Of a DNA stretch of 41,329 nucleotides, positions 11,926 to 23,712 are shown piece after piece (position 1 is the first letter of the stretch; each line of letters opens with the position of its first letter). Origin of the DNA: Chrysochromulina tobinii. Taxonomy: Eukaryota. The stretch covers positions 1 to 41,329 of the forward strand of contig JWZX01001780.1 in assembly GCA_001275005.1 (NCBI GenBank). The letters are read 5' to 3'. A program made the position numbers and the translations under genes. The notes beneath the pieces are model-generated. The model worked only from the letters and a program-made list of their open reading frames with translations. It searched no databases and was not told the origin of the DNA.

Positions 11926-14289
11926 ATGCCCTCGCAGTCCTCGCAGCCCGACCCGCCGCCGGCGGCGGCGCCCATGCGGCTCAACTTTGGTACGGGCAAC
12001 GCCTCGCCTCGCGCCGCCGCCCTGCTTCGCGTGCCGATGCTCTCGGGCTCCAACCAGCACGGCGCAGTCCGTGTCCACGAGACGAGCTCAAAGAAGAAGA
12101 AGCACCTCTCCGCGTGGGCTGTCTTCAAGATGCTGCCAAAGGAAGTGTACATCGTCCTGCTCATCGACCTGCTCAACTCGTACCGCTCTTTCGGCTTCCG
12201 CTCCGTCCAGTACATCTACCTCGTCAACGAGTTTGGCGTCTCCGATCTGGACGCAGGCAAATTGCTCGGCGTGCAGGCGTGGCTCATGGTGGTCTTCGGC
12301 ATGCTCGGTGCGATGCTCGTGGACTCGTGGGGCGTGCGCAACACCGCCATCACCGCCCTATCGGTCGCCGCCGTCAGCCGCGGCCTGCTCGCCTTTGGAC
12401 AGGAGCGTAACACCATGGTCTTCGCACTGATCGCGCTCGCGCCTTTCGGCGAGGCGGTTCTCTCGACCGGCATCTACACGGTGGCGCTTAAGAAGCTGAC
12501 GACGCCCACGACGCGCGGCCTCGCCTTCGGCGTCCAGTATGGCGTCTTCAACCTCGCGGGCGCCCTCGCCGATGTGGCCGCCGACACGTTGCGTAAGTCG
12601 GACATTATGCTGCCGCGCTGGCTGCCTTGGCTCGGCGGTACGTACTGGTCGGGCCTGCGCGTGCACGTGTTCTTCACGTGGCTGGCGGTGCTCGCCGCGC
12701 TCGCCGTCTCCGTCGCGTGCCTGTACGATACCGTCCTCGTCCCTCTCGATGAGGACGAGCGCGAGGCTGCCAAGGGCTCAGCCTCGCCCGGCCCTGTCAC
12801 TTCCCCACTGCTCGCTGAGCTTCGTCATTCCGCCAACGCGGCGGAGCGTGCTCGCGGGTACGCGGTGCGCATCGCGCCCAAGACGGCGGCCGCGCAGCCG
12901 CCGCCGCTGCCAACGGCCAGCGAAAGTGAGGACGAGGACGAGGACGATCAGGATGAGGCCTCCAACTACGAGGCTTTCGAAGAGCGCAGCAGCGCCGCCG
13001 CCAGCGGCGGCAGCAAGGGCGGCGGCGGCGGTGCCGGCGCCGCGCCTCAGCGACAGCGGCGGCGGCGGCGAGCGACGGCGCTCACGGCGGCGCGTCGGCT
13101 CGTCGCGTCATGGCTGCGCCTCGCCCAGGAGCACGCGAGCAGCGCGGGCAAGTCGTTGCTCGAGCTACTCGGGATGCGAGCCTTCTGGCGCGCGCTCTGG
13201 CTCTCGTGCTGCCTGCTCTTTGTGTCCAAGCAGGTGCTTGCCTGTGCTTGCCTGTGCTTGCCTGCGAGTACCTGTGATTACCTGTGGTTACCTATGGTTG
13301 CCTGTGATTGCCTGTGCTTCTTTGTGCCCACTGAGTGCCACTGATCGCCACTGATCGCCACCGATTGCACCCGAGCAGTGGGGAGATATGGACCAGCTGC
13401 TGCCGCCCTTTTTGGAGCGTAACTACGGTGAGGACGTGCCCATCTTCTTAATCCACTCGTTGAACATGTGGATTGGCATGTTCGGCCCGTCGCTCGCGGC
13501 CGCGCTCACCATGCACCTCGAGGCGTTCGAGGTGATGCTGCCTGGATTGTGGGTGATGGCGCTCTCGCCTGCGTGGCTCGCCTTCGACCCGAGCGTAGAA
13601 GCAGTCGTGTGCTGGATTGTCTTCCTCTCGCTCGGCGAAGTGCTCTGGTCGCCGCGCCTCTCCGCGTGGATCGCGTCGGTGCGTCTCTGATGGCCGATGC
13701 TGAGCTCTGATTGCGTCCCTCATCTGATTGTCGCTCTGAGTGCGCCTGATGACCTTCGATTGCCTCCCTCATCAGGTGGCGCCCGAAGGACGGGAGGGTG
13801 CCTTCCTCGCGCTGCTCTCAATGAAGAGCCTCATCACCACCATCCCGTCGACCGCGCTTAACGGCTGGATGAACGCGGTATTCATCGCCCAACTGCCCTA
13901 CCTGCCGTCTGATCGCTGCTGATGACCTCTGATTAACATTGATGACCTCTGATGGTCCCCCTCATCAGGTGCTCAACCCCAACTGCCCTAGCTGCCGCGA
14001 CGAGCGTACCGGCCACTTCTGCTCTGAGCTTGTGCGGCTCAACGGCACCTTTGACGGGTGCAGTCCTCCCGGGCTCGGGATCCATCACGCGTGCGTGGGC
14101 GACGAGCATAGCGGCTCGATGGTGGCTCGTCGGTACGCGGACGGGAGCGGTCTCGAATGCCCCTCGACTTGCCAGCAGTGCCCGGGATGGGAGGGCGACG
14201 CGAAGCTGATGTGGACGATCGTGCTGCTCTCTTCCATCTCAAGCCCTGTGATGGTCCAGCTCTCGCTCAAGTACCTGCGCGACAGCTGA
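11926..14289 (+). CDS. MFS transporter, POT/PTR-like; exons 11926-13233, 13379-13678, 13776-13877, 13969-14289
   Basis: Multiple TM helices; GAMLVDSWGVR (MFS motif-A-like); RGLAFGVQYGVFNLAGA; SLGEVLWSPRL..VAPEGREG; long acidic central loop. Confidence 0.85.
13234..13378 (+). other. Intron (145 nt) composed almost wholly of 10-mer tandem repeats
   Basis: CAG|GTGCTT...GAGCAG|TGG; CCTGTGCTTG-type units grading into CTGATCGCCA units; restores SKQWGDMDQ. Confidence 0.85.
13679..13775 (+). mobile_element. Introner-like intron (97 nt), motif A
   Basis: Degenerate CTGAT repeats; ends CTGATGACCTTCGATTGCCTCCCTCATCAG; restores IASVAPEG. No clear long duplication. Confidence 0.82.
13878..13968 (+). mobile_element. 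Introner-like intron (91 nt), motif A, ~29-nt degenerate flanking duplication
   Basis: Starts GTATTCATCGCCCAACTGCCCTACCTGCCG versus exon GTGCTCAACCCCAACTGCCCTAGCTGCCG; CTGATGACCT repeats; ends CCCCTCATCAG. Confidence 0.85.
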
Positions 14290-15642
14290 TCCTCATCTTG
14301 GAGATGTCATCTGGAAACTGAGCCGCCGACATGGGCACCCCGTCACCCGCCGCAGCGAGCGAGCGTGCACTTAAGCGTGCACACAAAAATATACTTGATC
14401 TACTGTATGGATCCATGACTAAAGTTCGTAGTTCGGTCTACGATCTTACTGAGCTGTGGTGAGTGCAGCCACCATGGCAGGAGCCACGTTTCGGCGCACT
14501 GCGGTCACGCCGCCGGTCCGCCCGGGCGGCCGGGGCGGCGCTGGAGGCCCGGACAACGACACCCCGCGGTTAGAGACGCACCGAGACGCCGACCCGCGGG
14601 AGAGCGAGAGCGAGCCCGAGCCGCGACCGCGAGAGAGAGCGCAGTAGAGCGAGCAGCCAGTGCTGAGAGGCTGAGAGCACGCAGCAGTCTCGCGCCTAAC
14701 TCGTTCTACGATTCGCCGCCACCCGACCTCCGACCGTCGCGCACGCGTCGGACGTTTTGAAACTCAGTGCCGAGAGCGGAGAGGCCTTGGAGTTGCACTT
14801 TTGCGCAGTCGTGTGGGGGATCTCTCGAAGACTACCGGCACGGCTCACAGGAACCGAGTCGAAGCCCTGCCGAACACACACAGGTCTGAGGTCACACAGG
14901 TCGTCTTTTACGTCAGCACGGCACCAACCCAGCATGTGCGGCTCAGCGGCAATTTAAATGAAGTGCGGTCCTTCACCGCGTCTCGCACGGCTGATTCCCA
15001 TGCACCTCCCAGGTTGTGGCGCTGGAGGCTGAGGTTGCTTCTTGGCCAGCACACCGTGCTGAAGTTGACCAGTCCAGAGAGGACGAGCACGCCGGAGACC
15101 CCAACTTCCATTGCCGACCAGATACAGCTCAGTCAACAGTCTGCGCGTCTGTGTGAATTCGAAGGCTGGCCAGCGCACTCTGGTGCTGCTGTGCGCTTGC
15201 GCGCTATCTTGACGAGTTTGACCTGGTGGACGGGCTTATACGCGCGCAGGCGATGTGCCGGCGCCAGCGGGCCGTGGTCGTGCCGTGGTAGGGCGCCAGC
15301 CGTAACAACTCGATCGCAGGTCCCGATTCGGCGGCGGCTCGGACGGCGCCCTTGATGCCGACGTTGAAATTATTCTTGTGGCATGAGCTGCGGAGAGCAT
15401 GAGAGACCCTCGTGAGAGCAGATGTGTCAGGACGAGGCTCTCACATCAAGAAAGACGAGCTACCGGTATCTTATTCTGTTCGTCACACACTTCTCCCTGT
15501 GGAACGCGTGCGCTCGCTTTCAGTAAATTTTTCAGCACACTATTGAAGACGCCTTTTTAAGGCAGCTTCCAAATTAGTAAATAACTTCACAGAACACAAA
15601 ACAGCGATCCACACATGTTCACAGTGCTCGCACAATCATTTT

Positions 15643-18210
15643 CTACAGCTCCAACTTCACAAATCCACTCCGGCCCTTCACCGCATCTAGCACCGCTTTT
15701 TCCCCTGCGTCTCCCATCATGTCATTGGCCGAGATGTCCAGTTCGGTCAGGACCGCATTGACCTTGAGCACCTCCGCGATCGCCTTGGCACCGTCAACGC
15801 CGATGTTGTTGTCTTTGAGCGACAGCGTGGTCAAGACCGCGTTGACCTTCAGCGCCTCCGCGATCGCGATGGCACCCTCATCCCCGATGGTCGAGTTGAA
15901 AAAGGAGTTGTACCCGAGGTTGAGGGTGGTCAAGACCGCGTTGACCTTCAGCGCCTCCGCGATCGCCTTGGCACCCTCGTCCCCGATGCTGTTGGCTCCG
16001 AGGTTGAGGGTGGTCATCACCACGTTGACCTTCAGCGCCTCCGCGATCGCGATGGCACCCTGTGGACCGATTTGGTTGTCCCAGAGGCTCAGCTCGGTCA
16101 GGACGGCGCTGAACTTAATCAGCTCGGCAAGCACGATGCCCTCGGTCGACCCTAGGCTTGACCCTAGGCAGTTCAAGCTCAGGTTGAGCTCTGTCAGCTT
16201 GTCCTCGCGCAGCTCCTTGATCGGCACCCCAGAGAGCACCTTGAGCGACAAGCTGCCCAATGCTGCCGCCGCAAGCTGCTGCGCCGCCTCTCCGACAATG
16301 TTGCGGTTGTTGGCGACAGATAGATTTTTCATCACCGCGTTGACCTTCAGCGCCTCCGCGATTGCGATGGCTCCCGCACCCCCGATCCTGTTGCCGTACA
16401 ACTCCAGCTTGGTCAGGACCGCGTTGACCTTCAGCGCCTCCGCGATCGCCTTGGCACCGTCGTCGCCGATGGAGTTGGCCCAGAGGTCCACTGAGGTCAA
16501 TACCGCGTTGACCTTCAGCGCCTCCGCGATCGCCTTGGCACCCTCAACCCCGATGGAGTTGTACCCGAGGTTGAGGGTGGTCAAGACCGCGTTGACCTTC
16601 AGCGCCTCCGCGATCGCCTTGGCACCATCGTCACCGATGGAGTTGAACCGGAGGTCCACCGAGGTCAACCCCGCCATCAACTTCAGGTCCGACACGATCA
16701 GGATTGTGTCGGCGTCTTCGAGGCCCTCGTCCAAGAAGTTGGCCTCCGTCTGGTCGCGCGTCATGCCCGAGAGCATGATACCCTTCTCCGCGCCGATCTT
16801 GGCAAGCATCGTGGCTGACTCAATGTTGAGCCCCTTCTTGAGCACATCGACCTTGGCGCCACAGTCCAGGAGCGCCCGCGCCACCTCTTGCTTGTTCTCC
16901 CTGATCGCATAGTCCAGAGCGCTCACCCCATGATCGTCCCGGCAGGTAACGTCCGCCCCGCGCTCGAGGAGCATTGTGACGACTGCAGCATGCCCTCCGT
17001 GCGCCGCGGCCATGAGCGCAGTCATGCCGCGGTCGTTGGCATGGTCGATAACCTCCGGCGTGTTGTCGAGGAGCGCTCGAAGCTCGTCGATCCGCCCAAA
17101 CTGCGCCGCTTGCACGTGCGGTACAGCCTCGAGCATGCCTCCCACTGACGGCTCCGCGGTCGGGAAGGGCCACAGCCGAATCTCGCTGTCGGCGAGATTC
17201 CGCGCACAGAGGCGCAAGGCCTCCTCCCGCAAGGCCTCCTTTCGCTTGGACGCGATCACCACCGCGAGCTTCGGCGCCTCGGCCTCCTCATCCGTCTGCG
17301 CCGCCTCGCTCGCTACCGGCTGCTGCCCGAGCTTGACTAGCCTCGCCTTCTCCTTGCGCTTCAGACGGCGCTTTGCGCTCTTGCTCAGACCCTCCGTCGA
17401 GGGCGTGCCACCGCCGGCGCCACCCGCCGCCGCCGCCGCCGCCGCCGTGCGCTTCCCAAACGCGCGCTGCAACACCCCGGCGACCTGGCGCCATCGGAGC
17501 CGCCGATGCCATTGGTTCACGACGGTTCTCGGCGGAAAGTATCCACCGTGCACCGTGCGGCAGTGAGGGTGCGCATCGCGGCCGCAGGGCTGAAAGCACA
17601 GCCAGCAGAACGCCACGTCGCAGCTGCTGCACTTCATCGCGATGCAACCGTCTGGATCCGGGTCGCAGAACACCTCGCAAGATGGGCAGCCGAGGTTCAG
17701 GGCCTCGTGGAGCTCTGTCTGTATCGACTCGGGGGTGCACGGCACTTTTCCCCCGCCCGGCGTCTCCGTCGTCTCCGGCGTCTCCGACGTCTCCGGCGTC
17801 TCCATCGTCTCGAGGTAGAGCCGCAGCGCATCTCCAAAGAGGAGGGGCTCGACCATGCTGCGGCCAAAGGGGAACGCCTGCTGGTGGGCGCCGAGGCAGT
17901 CGAGGGCGCCATTTGAGCTGCGCAACTTTGCCGAGCCAGCGAGGCTGCAGATGTACCTTTGAAGGCATGCCGAGCAGATTAGGTGGCCCTCGGGGCAGGC
18001 GATTCCGCGGAGCGTGCTGACCTCCTCGAGGCAGATGAGGCACAGTGCTCGCGTGGCGGCCGCTCCATCGTGCGACAGCGTGACCTCCTCTCCGTCTCGC
18101 GCTCGCACGCAGATTTGCTCATCATCACGTGTGACCTTCATCGCCGCGGGCGCCTCTTCCTGCTCCTCGGCCGGCGATCCAGCGACGATCGTCTTGCCCG
18201 AGAGGCTCAT
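15643..18210 (-). CDS. RING + IBR/RING2-like + ankyrin + RI-type LRR (NLRC3-like repeats) protein, putative E3 ligase
   Basis: CLIC..CPEGHLICSAC RING; CPSC..DGCIAMKCSSCDVAFCWLC..H.H; ankyrin GMTALMAAAHGGH and GVSALDYA; ~10 LRRs of LxxNxIGxxGAxAIAEALKVNAVLT. Confidence 0.88.
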   Translation of the reverse strand: MSLSGKTIVAGSPAEEQEEAPAAMKVTRDDEQICVRARDGEEVTLSHDGAAATRALCLICLEEVSTLRGIACPEGHLICSACLQRYICSLAGSAKLRSSNGALDCLGAHQQAFPFGRSMVEPLLFGDALRLYLETMETPETSETPETTETPGGGKVPCTPESIQTELHEALNLGCPSCEVFCDPDPDGCIAMKCSSCDVAFCWLCFQPCGRDAHPHCRTVHGGYFPPRTVVNQWHRRLRWRQVAGVLQRAFGKRTAAAAAAAGGAGGGTPSTEGLSKSAKRRLKRKEKARLVKLGQQPVASEAAQTDEEAEAPKLAVVIASKRKEALREEALRLCARNLADSEIRLWPFPTAEPSVGGMLEAVPHVQAAQFGRIDELRALLDNTPEVIDHANDRGMTALMAAAHGGHAAVVTMLLERGADVTCRDDHGVSALDYAIRENKQEVARALLDCGAKVDVLKKGLNIESATMLAKIGAEKGIMLSGMTRDQTEANFLDEGLEDADTILIVSDLKLMAGLTSVDLRFNSIGDDGAKAIAEALKVNAVLTTLNLGYNSIGVEGAKAIAEALKVNAVLTSVDLWANSIGDDGAKAIAEALKVNAVLTKLELYGNRIGGAGAIAIAEALKVNAVMKNLSVANNRNIVGEAAQQLAAAALGSLSLKVLSGVPIKELREDKLTELNLSLNCLGSSLGSTEGIVLAELIKFSAVLTELSLWDNQIGPQGAIAIAEALKVNVVMTTLNLGANSIGDEGAKAIAEALKVNAVLTTLNLGYNSFFNSTIGDEGAIAIAEALKVNAVLTTLSLKDNNIGVDGAKAIAEVLKVNAVLTELDISANDMMGDAGEKAVLDAVKGRSGFVKLEL
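15700..16680 (-). repeat. Near-identical ~84-bp (28-aa) LRR-coding repeats in two blocks
   Basis: Recurring ACCGCGTTGACCTTCAGCGCCTCCGCGATCGC on the + strand. Confidence 0.9.
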
Positions 18211-18297
18211 CGTGCGCACACACTCCTACAGGCCGCGCGCTCTCGCGCTCTTTCGCACGTGGTGAGCGGCCGGCGCTGCAAAGTGTGAACAATTGGC

Positions 18298-18350
18298 TGT
18301 GCATGGTGCAAGCGGAACTGATGTGCATGGTGCAAGCGGAACTGATGTGC
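18298..18350. repeat. 24-bp perfect tandem duplication upstream of the LRR gene
   Basis: TGTGCATGGTGCAAGCGGAACTGA x2.2. Confidence 0.85.
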
Positions 18351-18633
18351 GAGTCGTCTTAATAAGAGTCGTCGGTAGCAGTCGAGTACGAGCACAGTAG
18401 TTGCTAGTTCGCCCCAACCAAGTAACCAACCCCAACCCCCATGCTTGTGGACGCGGTTGTTCCTCGACCGCTCGTGCTTCCACACGCACTCGGCACTGAC
18501 ACTCACTTAGACTCACACGTTACGGACGCGAGGGTCTCGTCTAGAGGCGCTCGTAAGTCGTATCGGGCCCAACGCTTATCATTGTTTTGTCACCGACTAC
18601 CACCCTATGTCAGTATGTCTGTTTCACGCCGTT

Positions 18634-21353
18634 TCAGATCTGTTTCAACCCCTCGAGCCGCGCGTGGCGCGCCGCAGCTACGTGCATAGCGCCGACGAGG
18701 GCGCCGAGCAGTCCAAGGTCTGAAATGGGCCGCGCGTGCGAGAGCAGCAGCGGCACCGAGTTGATCGGGATGCAGCACGGGACGAGCAGCCCAGGCCGCT
18801 GGCGCCCGCCCCATAGAAAGCGGCAGCCGAGCGTGAGCGACGGCACGGAGCATCCCGCGAGAAGCACGCCACGCGCCACCACGTGCATCGGCATCGCCTG
18901 CCAGACGCGCCGAACGATTTCAGCCGCGGCCGCGGCGCCCAAGGCGAGCGTGGCCGCGCTCACGACGGGCGCGTACCGGTTGGCCGCATGCAGGCGCTCA
19001 AAGGGCGGCGAATACGGGTGCAGCAGTAGCATCAGCGGGGCGAGAGGCAGCGCGCCGCGCGCGGTGCCGTCGAAGACGACGACGTGGAGCGCGAGGAGGA
19101 GCACAAAGGCGGCGAGCGTGCACAGGTTGCCAACACTCGCCAGCCAGTCGAGCCCGGCACGGCGCGCGAGCTGCTGCCGCGCGAAGGCCTCGGCGCGTAG
19201 TCCCACGCCCGTGCTCGCCGCAGCGCTCGCTACAGCGCTCCCCAGCCACCTGTGCCGAGGGGAGCGTCCGCCCTCGACGACGCCGCCCGCGACGACGCCG
19301 TCGATGCCCGCGACGGTGCTGACGTGCGACTGCGCGCCGATGACGGAGGCGCTGAGGAGCCGAGCGAGCAGCGCGCCCACGCCGCAGACACCCGCGTAAA
19401 GCGCCAGCCAGGCGGCACGGTAGCGCGGTAGCGCTCCGTAGGCACGCGCGGCGGCCGAGTGCTCGAGCAATGCATGCTGAGCGGCGAGACTGATCGGCAA
19501 CAGGGCGAGGAAGAGGGCGAGGAGGGCGGGCGGCGCGCGCGCGGAGCGTACGAGCGCGCGAGGCCATACGAGCATCGCGAGGAAAGCGGCCCCCAGAGCA
19601 CATGCGGCCGCAGCGAGTAAGAAGAGGGCGCGCTCGAGCGGCAGTACGGCACCGAAGCCGGTCAGCCCGGCGGCCGCGCCGAGGAGGCCGATGGCGCCGA
19701 GTTGGGCGGCAGGTGGCAGCACGCCGATCGGCACGAGGCGGAGCGCTGCGGCGAGCGCCCCGAGGCACAGGAGGTAGAGCGCCCACGGCGGCCAGAGCAG
19801 CAGCCGCGGCGTACCTCCGAAACTCAGGGAGGCCGTCGGGTGGACGAGCGTCCATATTAGGGACTCGAGGAGGAGCGCCATGTCGGGCACCGGCTGCAGC
19901 GCACCGAAGAGCACGCCGGCCGCGAGCAGCCATGCGCACACCCGTACCGCGGGCGCGCGCGCGGGCGCGGGCAGCTGCATTGCGAGCAGATGCATGCCGC
20001 TCGCGAGCACCGCTAGGCTGCCACCCACGACAAGGGGCCCTGGCGGCGCACCGACGCACAGAGGAGCGAGCAGACGAGGGAGAAGGGACACGTGCGCGCG
20101 TGCGGCGCCTATGATGACAAGGCCGACGCGCATGCTCCCCTCGATGGGCCCGCCGATGTGCCCGTGGGTGGCGGTGGCCTTCGGCACGCCGGCTAGGCAC
20201 TGCCGGCGCTCGTGGAGCCGCATCGGGAGCACCTGGGTGAGAGCGCCCACGAGGAGAGCGCCGTCGAGCCACAAGCGCACGGCATCCACGCCAGCCACGT
20301 CGCTGTTGCCGCCGTTGCCGCCGTTGCCGTTGCCGTTGCCGTTGCCGCCGCCGCCGCTGCCGCCGCCGCCGCCCGCGCCGCCGCCGTCGACCCCCGTGTT
20401 GAGGAGAAGTGCCGCCCGACCGCCGTGCGCGGCGAGGAGCAGCCACCAAAGAGTGGGCGGGGTGGGGGCATGCGCTCCGCCTGTGGTGTACCGGTCGCAC
20501 GCATTGTACCGGTCGCACGCGGCAAGTCGCTCGCAGAGCAGCAGCCCCGCTCCGATGGAAGCGAGGAGCACCAACGGAGGGTACACGGGCGGTTCGGAGG
20601 GCGTGGCGGGCGGCTCGTTCGTGAGAACTGCCTCAACGAGCGCGAGGAGCACTGCGTGGCCTAGCAGGCAGAGCGCGCGCACGCCCGGCAGGACCTGCAG
20701 GTGCGTCAGGCCCGCCGCACAGAATGCGAGCGCCCCCATAACGACCAGAGCGCTGCAGATGGTGCTGAGCGAGACGCCGAGTACGAAGAAGGTGTGAATG
20801 ACGAACCCCGTCGCTTGCTCGAGCACCCCGCGCAAGAGGACGCTGAGTCCGATGACGCACGCAATCGTCGAGACCACTGTCAGCGCCGACCGTCGCCGCG
20901 GCGCGCTCGCCCGAGCTGCTGCCGCGTGTGCACCGGCGAGCGCCGCGAGAGCCCCCGAGGCGCGGTACGTCGGCGGCAGGGAGAGGAGGAGCGACCCCCA
21001 CTCGAGAAGTGGTGCACGCGCGCCGAGCACCAGTCCAGCGCCGCCCAGGAGCAGGAGGAGCGGGCGCACCCTCCCGAGCGAGCGCGTGAGCGGCGAGGGT
21101 CGCACGTGCTCGCCATGACGCTCGGCGGAAGGCATCGCCACGACCAGCAGACCCGCACTCACCAGTGTGCGTGCCTCGAGCCACAGCTGACGCGACGTAT
21201 CGGGCACACCGCTCCGTAAGAGCACGCTCGGCAGGTGCAGCATCGGCCGGTGCAGCACCAGGTGCACGAGTGCCGGCAGCAGCAGCACGCATGCCGCGAG
21301 CGCCGCCGCCGCCTCGCCATCACCCGCAGTCGGGCGGCCAGTAGCCACCCCAT

Positions 21354-21398
<45 letters not shown>

Positions 21399-22062
21399 CG
21401 TCGCCGCCGCCGCCGCCGCCGTCGCCGTTGTCACCCCCGGCGGCGCCGAACTCGCGACGGCGGCGCCGCGGCGCGCAGCGGCTCGACTCATCGGATGCGG
21501 ACTCACTGAACGAAGCGGGGTGCTCGAGGCCCAGCAGCAGGTACGACGCGCCGAGCGCGGCGAGGAGCACGGCGGGTGTGTCCTCGGCACCCCATGCGAC
21601 GCTCGCCGCCCACGTGACGATGCTTGCCGCAGGCAGTGGCGCGACGTTGAACAGTAGCCGCTCGAAGAGCAGCGCGAGCTCCGGCTGGTCGAGTGGCAGC
21701 CACGGGAACTGCAGCGAGAACCACGCACCGACAAGGACTGCTTGCAGCGCGACGAGCACGATGAGGCCGAGGCCACGCGCGCCGAAGCCAAAGGTGTAGA
21801 AGGCGGAGCCGGCATGGCCGATGGCCTCGAGCAGCACGGTGGCCCACAGCACTGTGAAGCATGACTGGTCGAGGCGTGCCGCGTGCAAGAGGTAGACAAG
21901 CATGACGCCGAGCGCAGCGAGCCCTTGCAGCGTGCCACCCCCAAAGTCTAGAAGGATCACACTCGGCAAGAATAGCACGGCGAGGGTGCGCACGGAGTAT
22001 TTGAAGCTCGGCGGTCGGCGTCCCAGCATGGAGCTCCATGCGGCTCCATGCGAGAGCTCCAT
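18634..22062 (-). CDS. NEF1: Polytopic membrane protein homologous to plant NO EXINE FORMATION 1
   Basis: PPSFKY..LLDFGG, GAWFSLQFPWLPLDQPELALLFERLLF and C-terminal VGNLCT..LAPLMLLL..RYAPV match NEF1 family motifs as I recall them; 1142 aa, intronless. Confidence 0.75.
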
Positions 22063-22517
22063 GTGTCGTCTTGCCGATTGTGCGGCCGTCGCGCGAGTCT
22101 CGGGCCTGCAAACTTACTGCACAAACTTACCAAAAAAGCATTGACAGAGGAGAAAACATTATCCGACCGTCAGTCAGTTTCGCAGCGCCGGCCTAGTCTC
22201 AAGCCTACCGGTTGGGTAGTGTGTGGCATTCGGTCCGTCCCACAGGGTCTTAACAGGGTCTCACGGACGGCTCCGCACCCCGCTCGGTCAACTCAAGTAC
22301 TGAGTACTCGCTATCTCGGGCTGCTCAAACTAACCCTATACACCTAAATCCTAAACTACCTTGCCTACCATCCTGACACGCTAGCCCTTTATTATGTTGT
22401 TATCGTGTTATATACGCCGTTTACCTTCTTTTTATTCGCGATTCGACGACGATTCGACAGAGATCCGATTCGAATCTATCTGACAATCTAACTGAGTAGG
22501 AACCTAAAGAGAGCTAA

Positions 22518-23465
22518 CTATAGTTTTGTCATCTTCTGATCGGCATCCTTTGTTCTCTTTCTGGATAAAACGAGGCCGCGTTGCTCTCGCACGAGGTCCG
22601 CCTTCGACTTGTTCTGCGTGTACGGAGAGGCCTGGACGTCGTTGGCGTACACCGCGAAGGCGACGCCCTCTTGGAAGAAGTCAATGTGGCGCACGCCCGG
22701 GAACGGCACATAGCCCTGCAGCATGTCTCGCTGCCAGTCGATGACCTTCGCAAAGAAGGTGGCGTTGCCGTTACGGTCAAGCAGGCAGCTCGAACCGCGC
22801 CCTGACAGACATGAGCCCCCAGTGTCCTCCACTATGTACACGCCGCCGGGCGCCACCCATCGCTGCCCCAAGGCGTGCTGCAACGACACGAGCTGATCCT
22901 GAGGTCTGTGAGAGCCGTCGTCAGCCAACACGTCGAATGGCAACGCGCCCGACGCCGTGTACAGCTGGTCGAGGTCAGCCAGTGACGATTGGCTGCCCAC
23001 GTGGACTATGGCACGCGAGCTGTGTGCTGCTGCCCAATCGTCAGAACACTGCCTGTCGAGCTCGAGGATGTGCAACTCTAATTTGAGCGGCGGTCGAAAC
23101 AGGGCATGCCACATCTCGACGCTTGCGCCCGGGCCCCATGACATGCCGCATCCCAGTCCAATCTCAAAGAACCGGATGGGCTTGCACTCCGATGTCGTCG
23201 TGCGTGCAGCGTCCTTGTTTGTAAGGCAGTCGCACGCGCGGAGTGCAATTGGCGCCAGATAGCGATGGTAGAGGTACTCGTACGAGTGAGCGCGAGCTTT
23301 GTCAGTCTTGCTGCTGCTGCGCATGATGAATGCAAGGTTCTCCACGCTCTCGGTCCATCGCAGCGCCTGAGTGGAGCACCCGTCGCTGACCAGCATGTTT
23401 TTGATTTGACACAGAGCTCTGGCACCAGCGGCACCGACCGGTTCTGCAAGCACCTCGGGGTACAA
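22518..23465 (-). CDS. Class I SAM-dependent methyltransferase-like protein (5' end uncertain)
   Basis: TDK..HSYEYLYHRYL, FFEIGLG, GASVEMW, GSQS, FDVLADDGSH, PGGVYIVED. Confidence 0.75.
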   Translation of the reverse strand: MYPEVLAEPVGAAGARALCQIKNMLVSDGCSTQALRWTESVENLAFIMRSSSKTDKARAHSYEYLYHRYLAPIALRACDCLTNKDAARTTTSECKPIRFFEIGLGCGMSWGPGASVEMWHALFRPPLKLELHILELDRQCSDDWAAAHSSRAIVHVGSQSSLADLDQLYTASGALPFDVLADDGSHRPQDQLVSLQHALGQRWVAPGGVYIVEDTGGSCLSGRGSSCLLDRNGNATFFAKVIDWQRDMLQGYVPFPGVRHIDFFQEGVAFAVYANDVQASPYTQNKSKADLVREQRGLVLSRKRTKDADQKMTKL

Positions 23466-23712
23466 TACATGTAGTACAGGACACTGTTTCGTTACTTTAG
23501 CAAACTAACGAAAGCAAACTTTAACCAAAAAAGCAATTAAGGGAGGGGGGAGGGGGGGGGAAGTAGGACCTTTTTCGCATGTTAATGTTTAGAGTGCTAC
23601 CGCCGGCTTCCCCACCCCCGTTTGTCGTTTCTCATTTCGGGGGTGTGTAGCCATGGTGAGTAGCTCTTACCTTAGTTATCTGCTGGTCACACACACCTTG
23701 CTATTGGACCGG

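Noticed and set aside
14400..15600. ORFs 14801-15355 etc. or an LTR-like element in the intergenic gap
   Set aside because: No recognisable protein motifs, terminal repeats or TSD visible within the window.
20481..20520. Possible micro-intron GTACAA...CACAG in NEF1
   Set aside because: 29 nt, far shorter than other introns here, and removal would break the frame; better read as an in-frame duplication.
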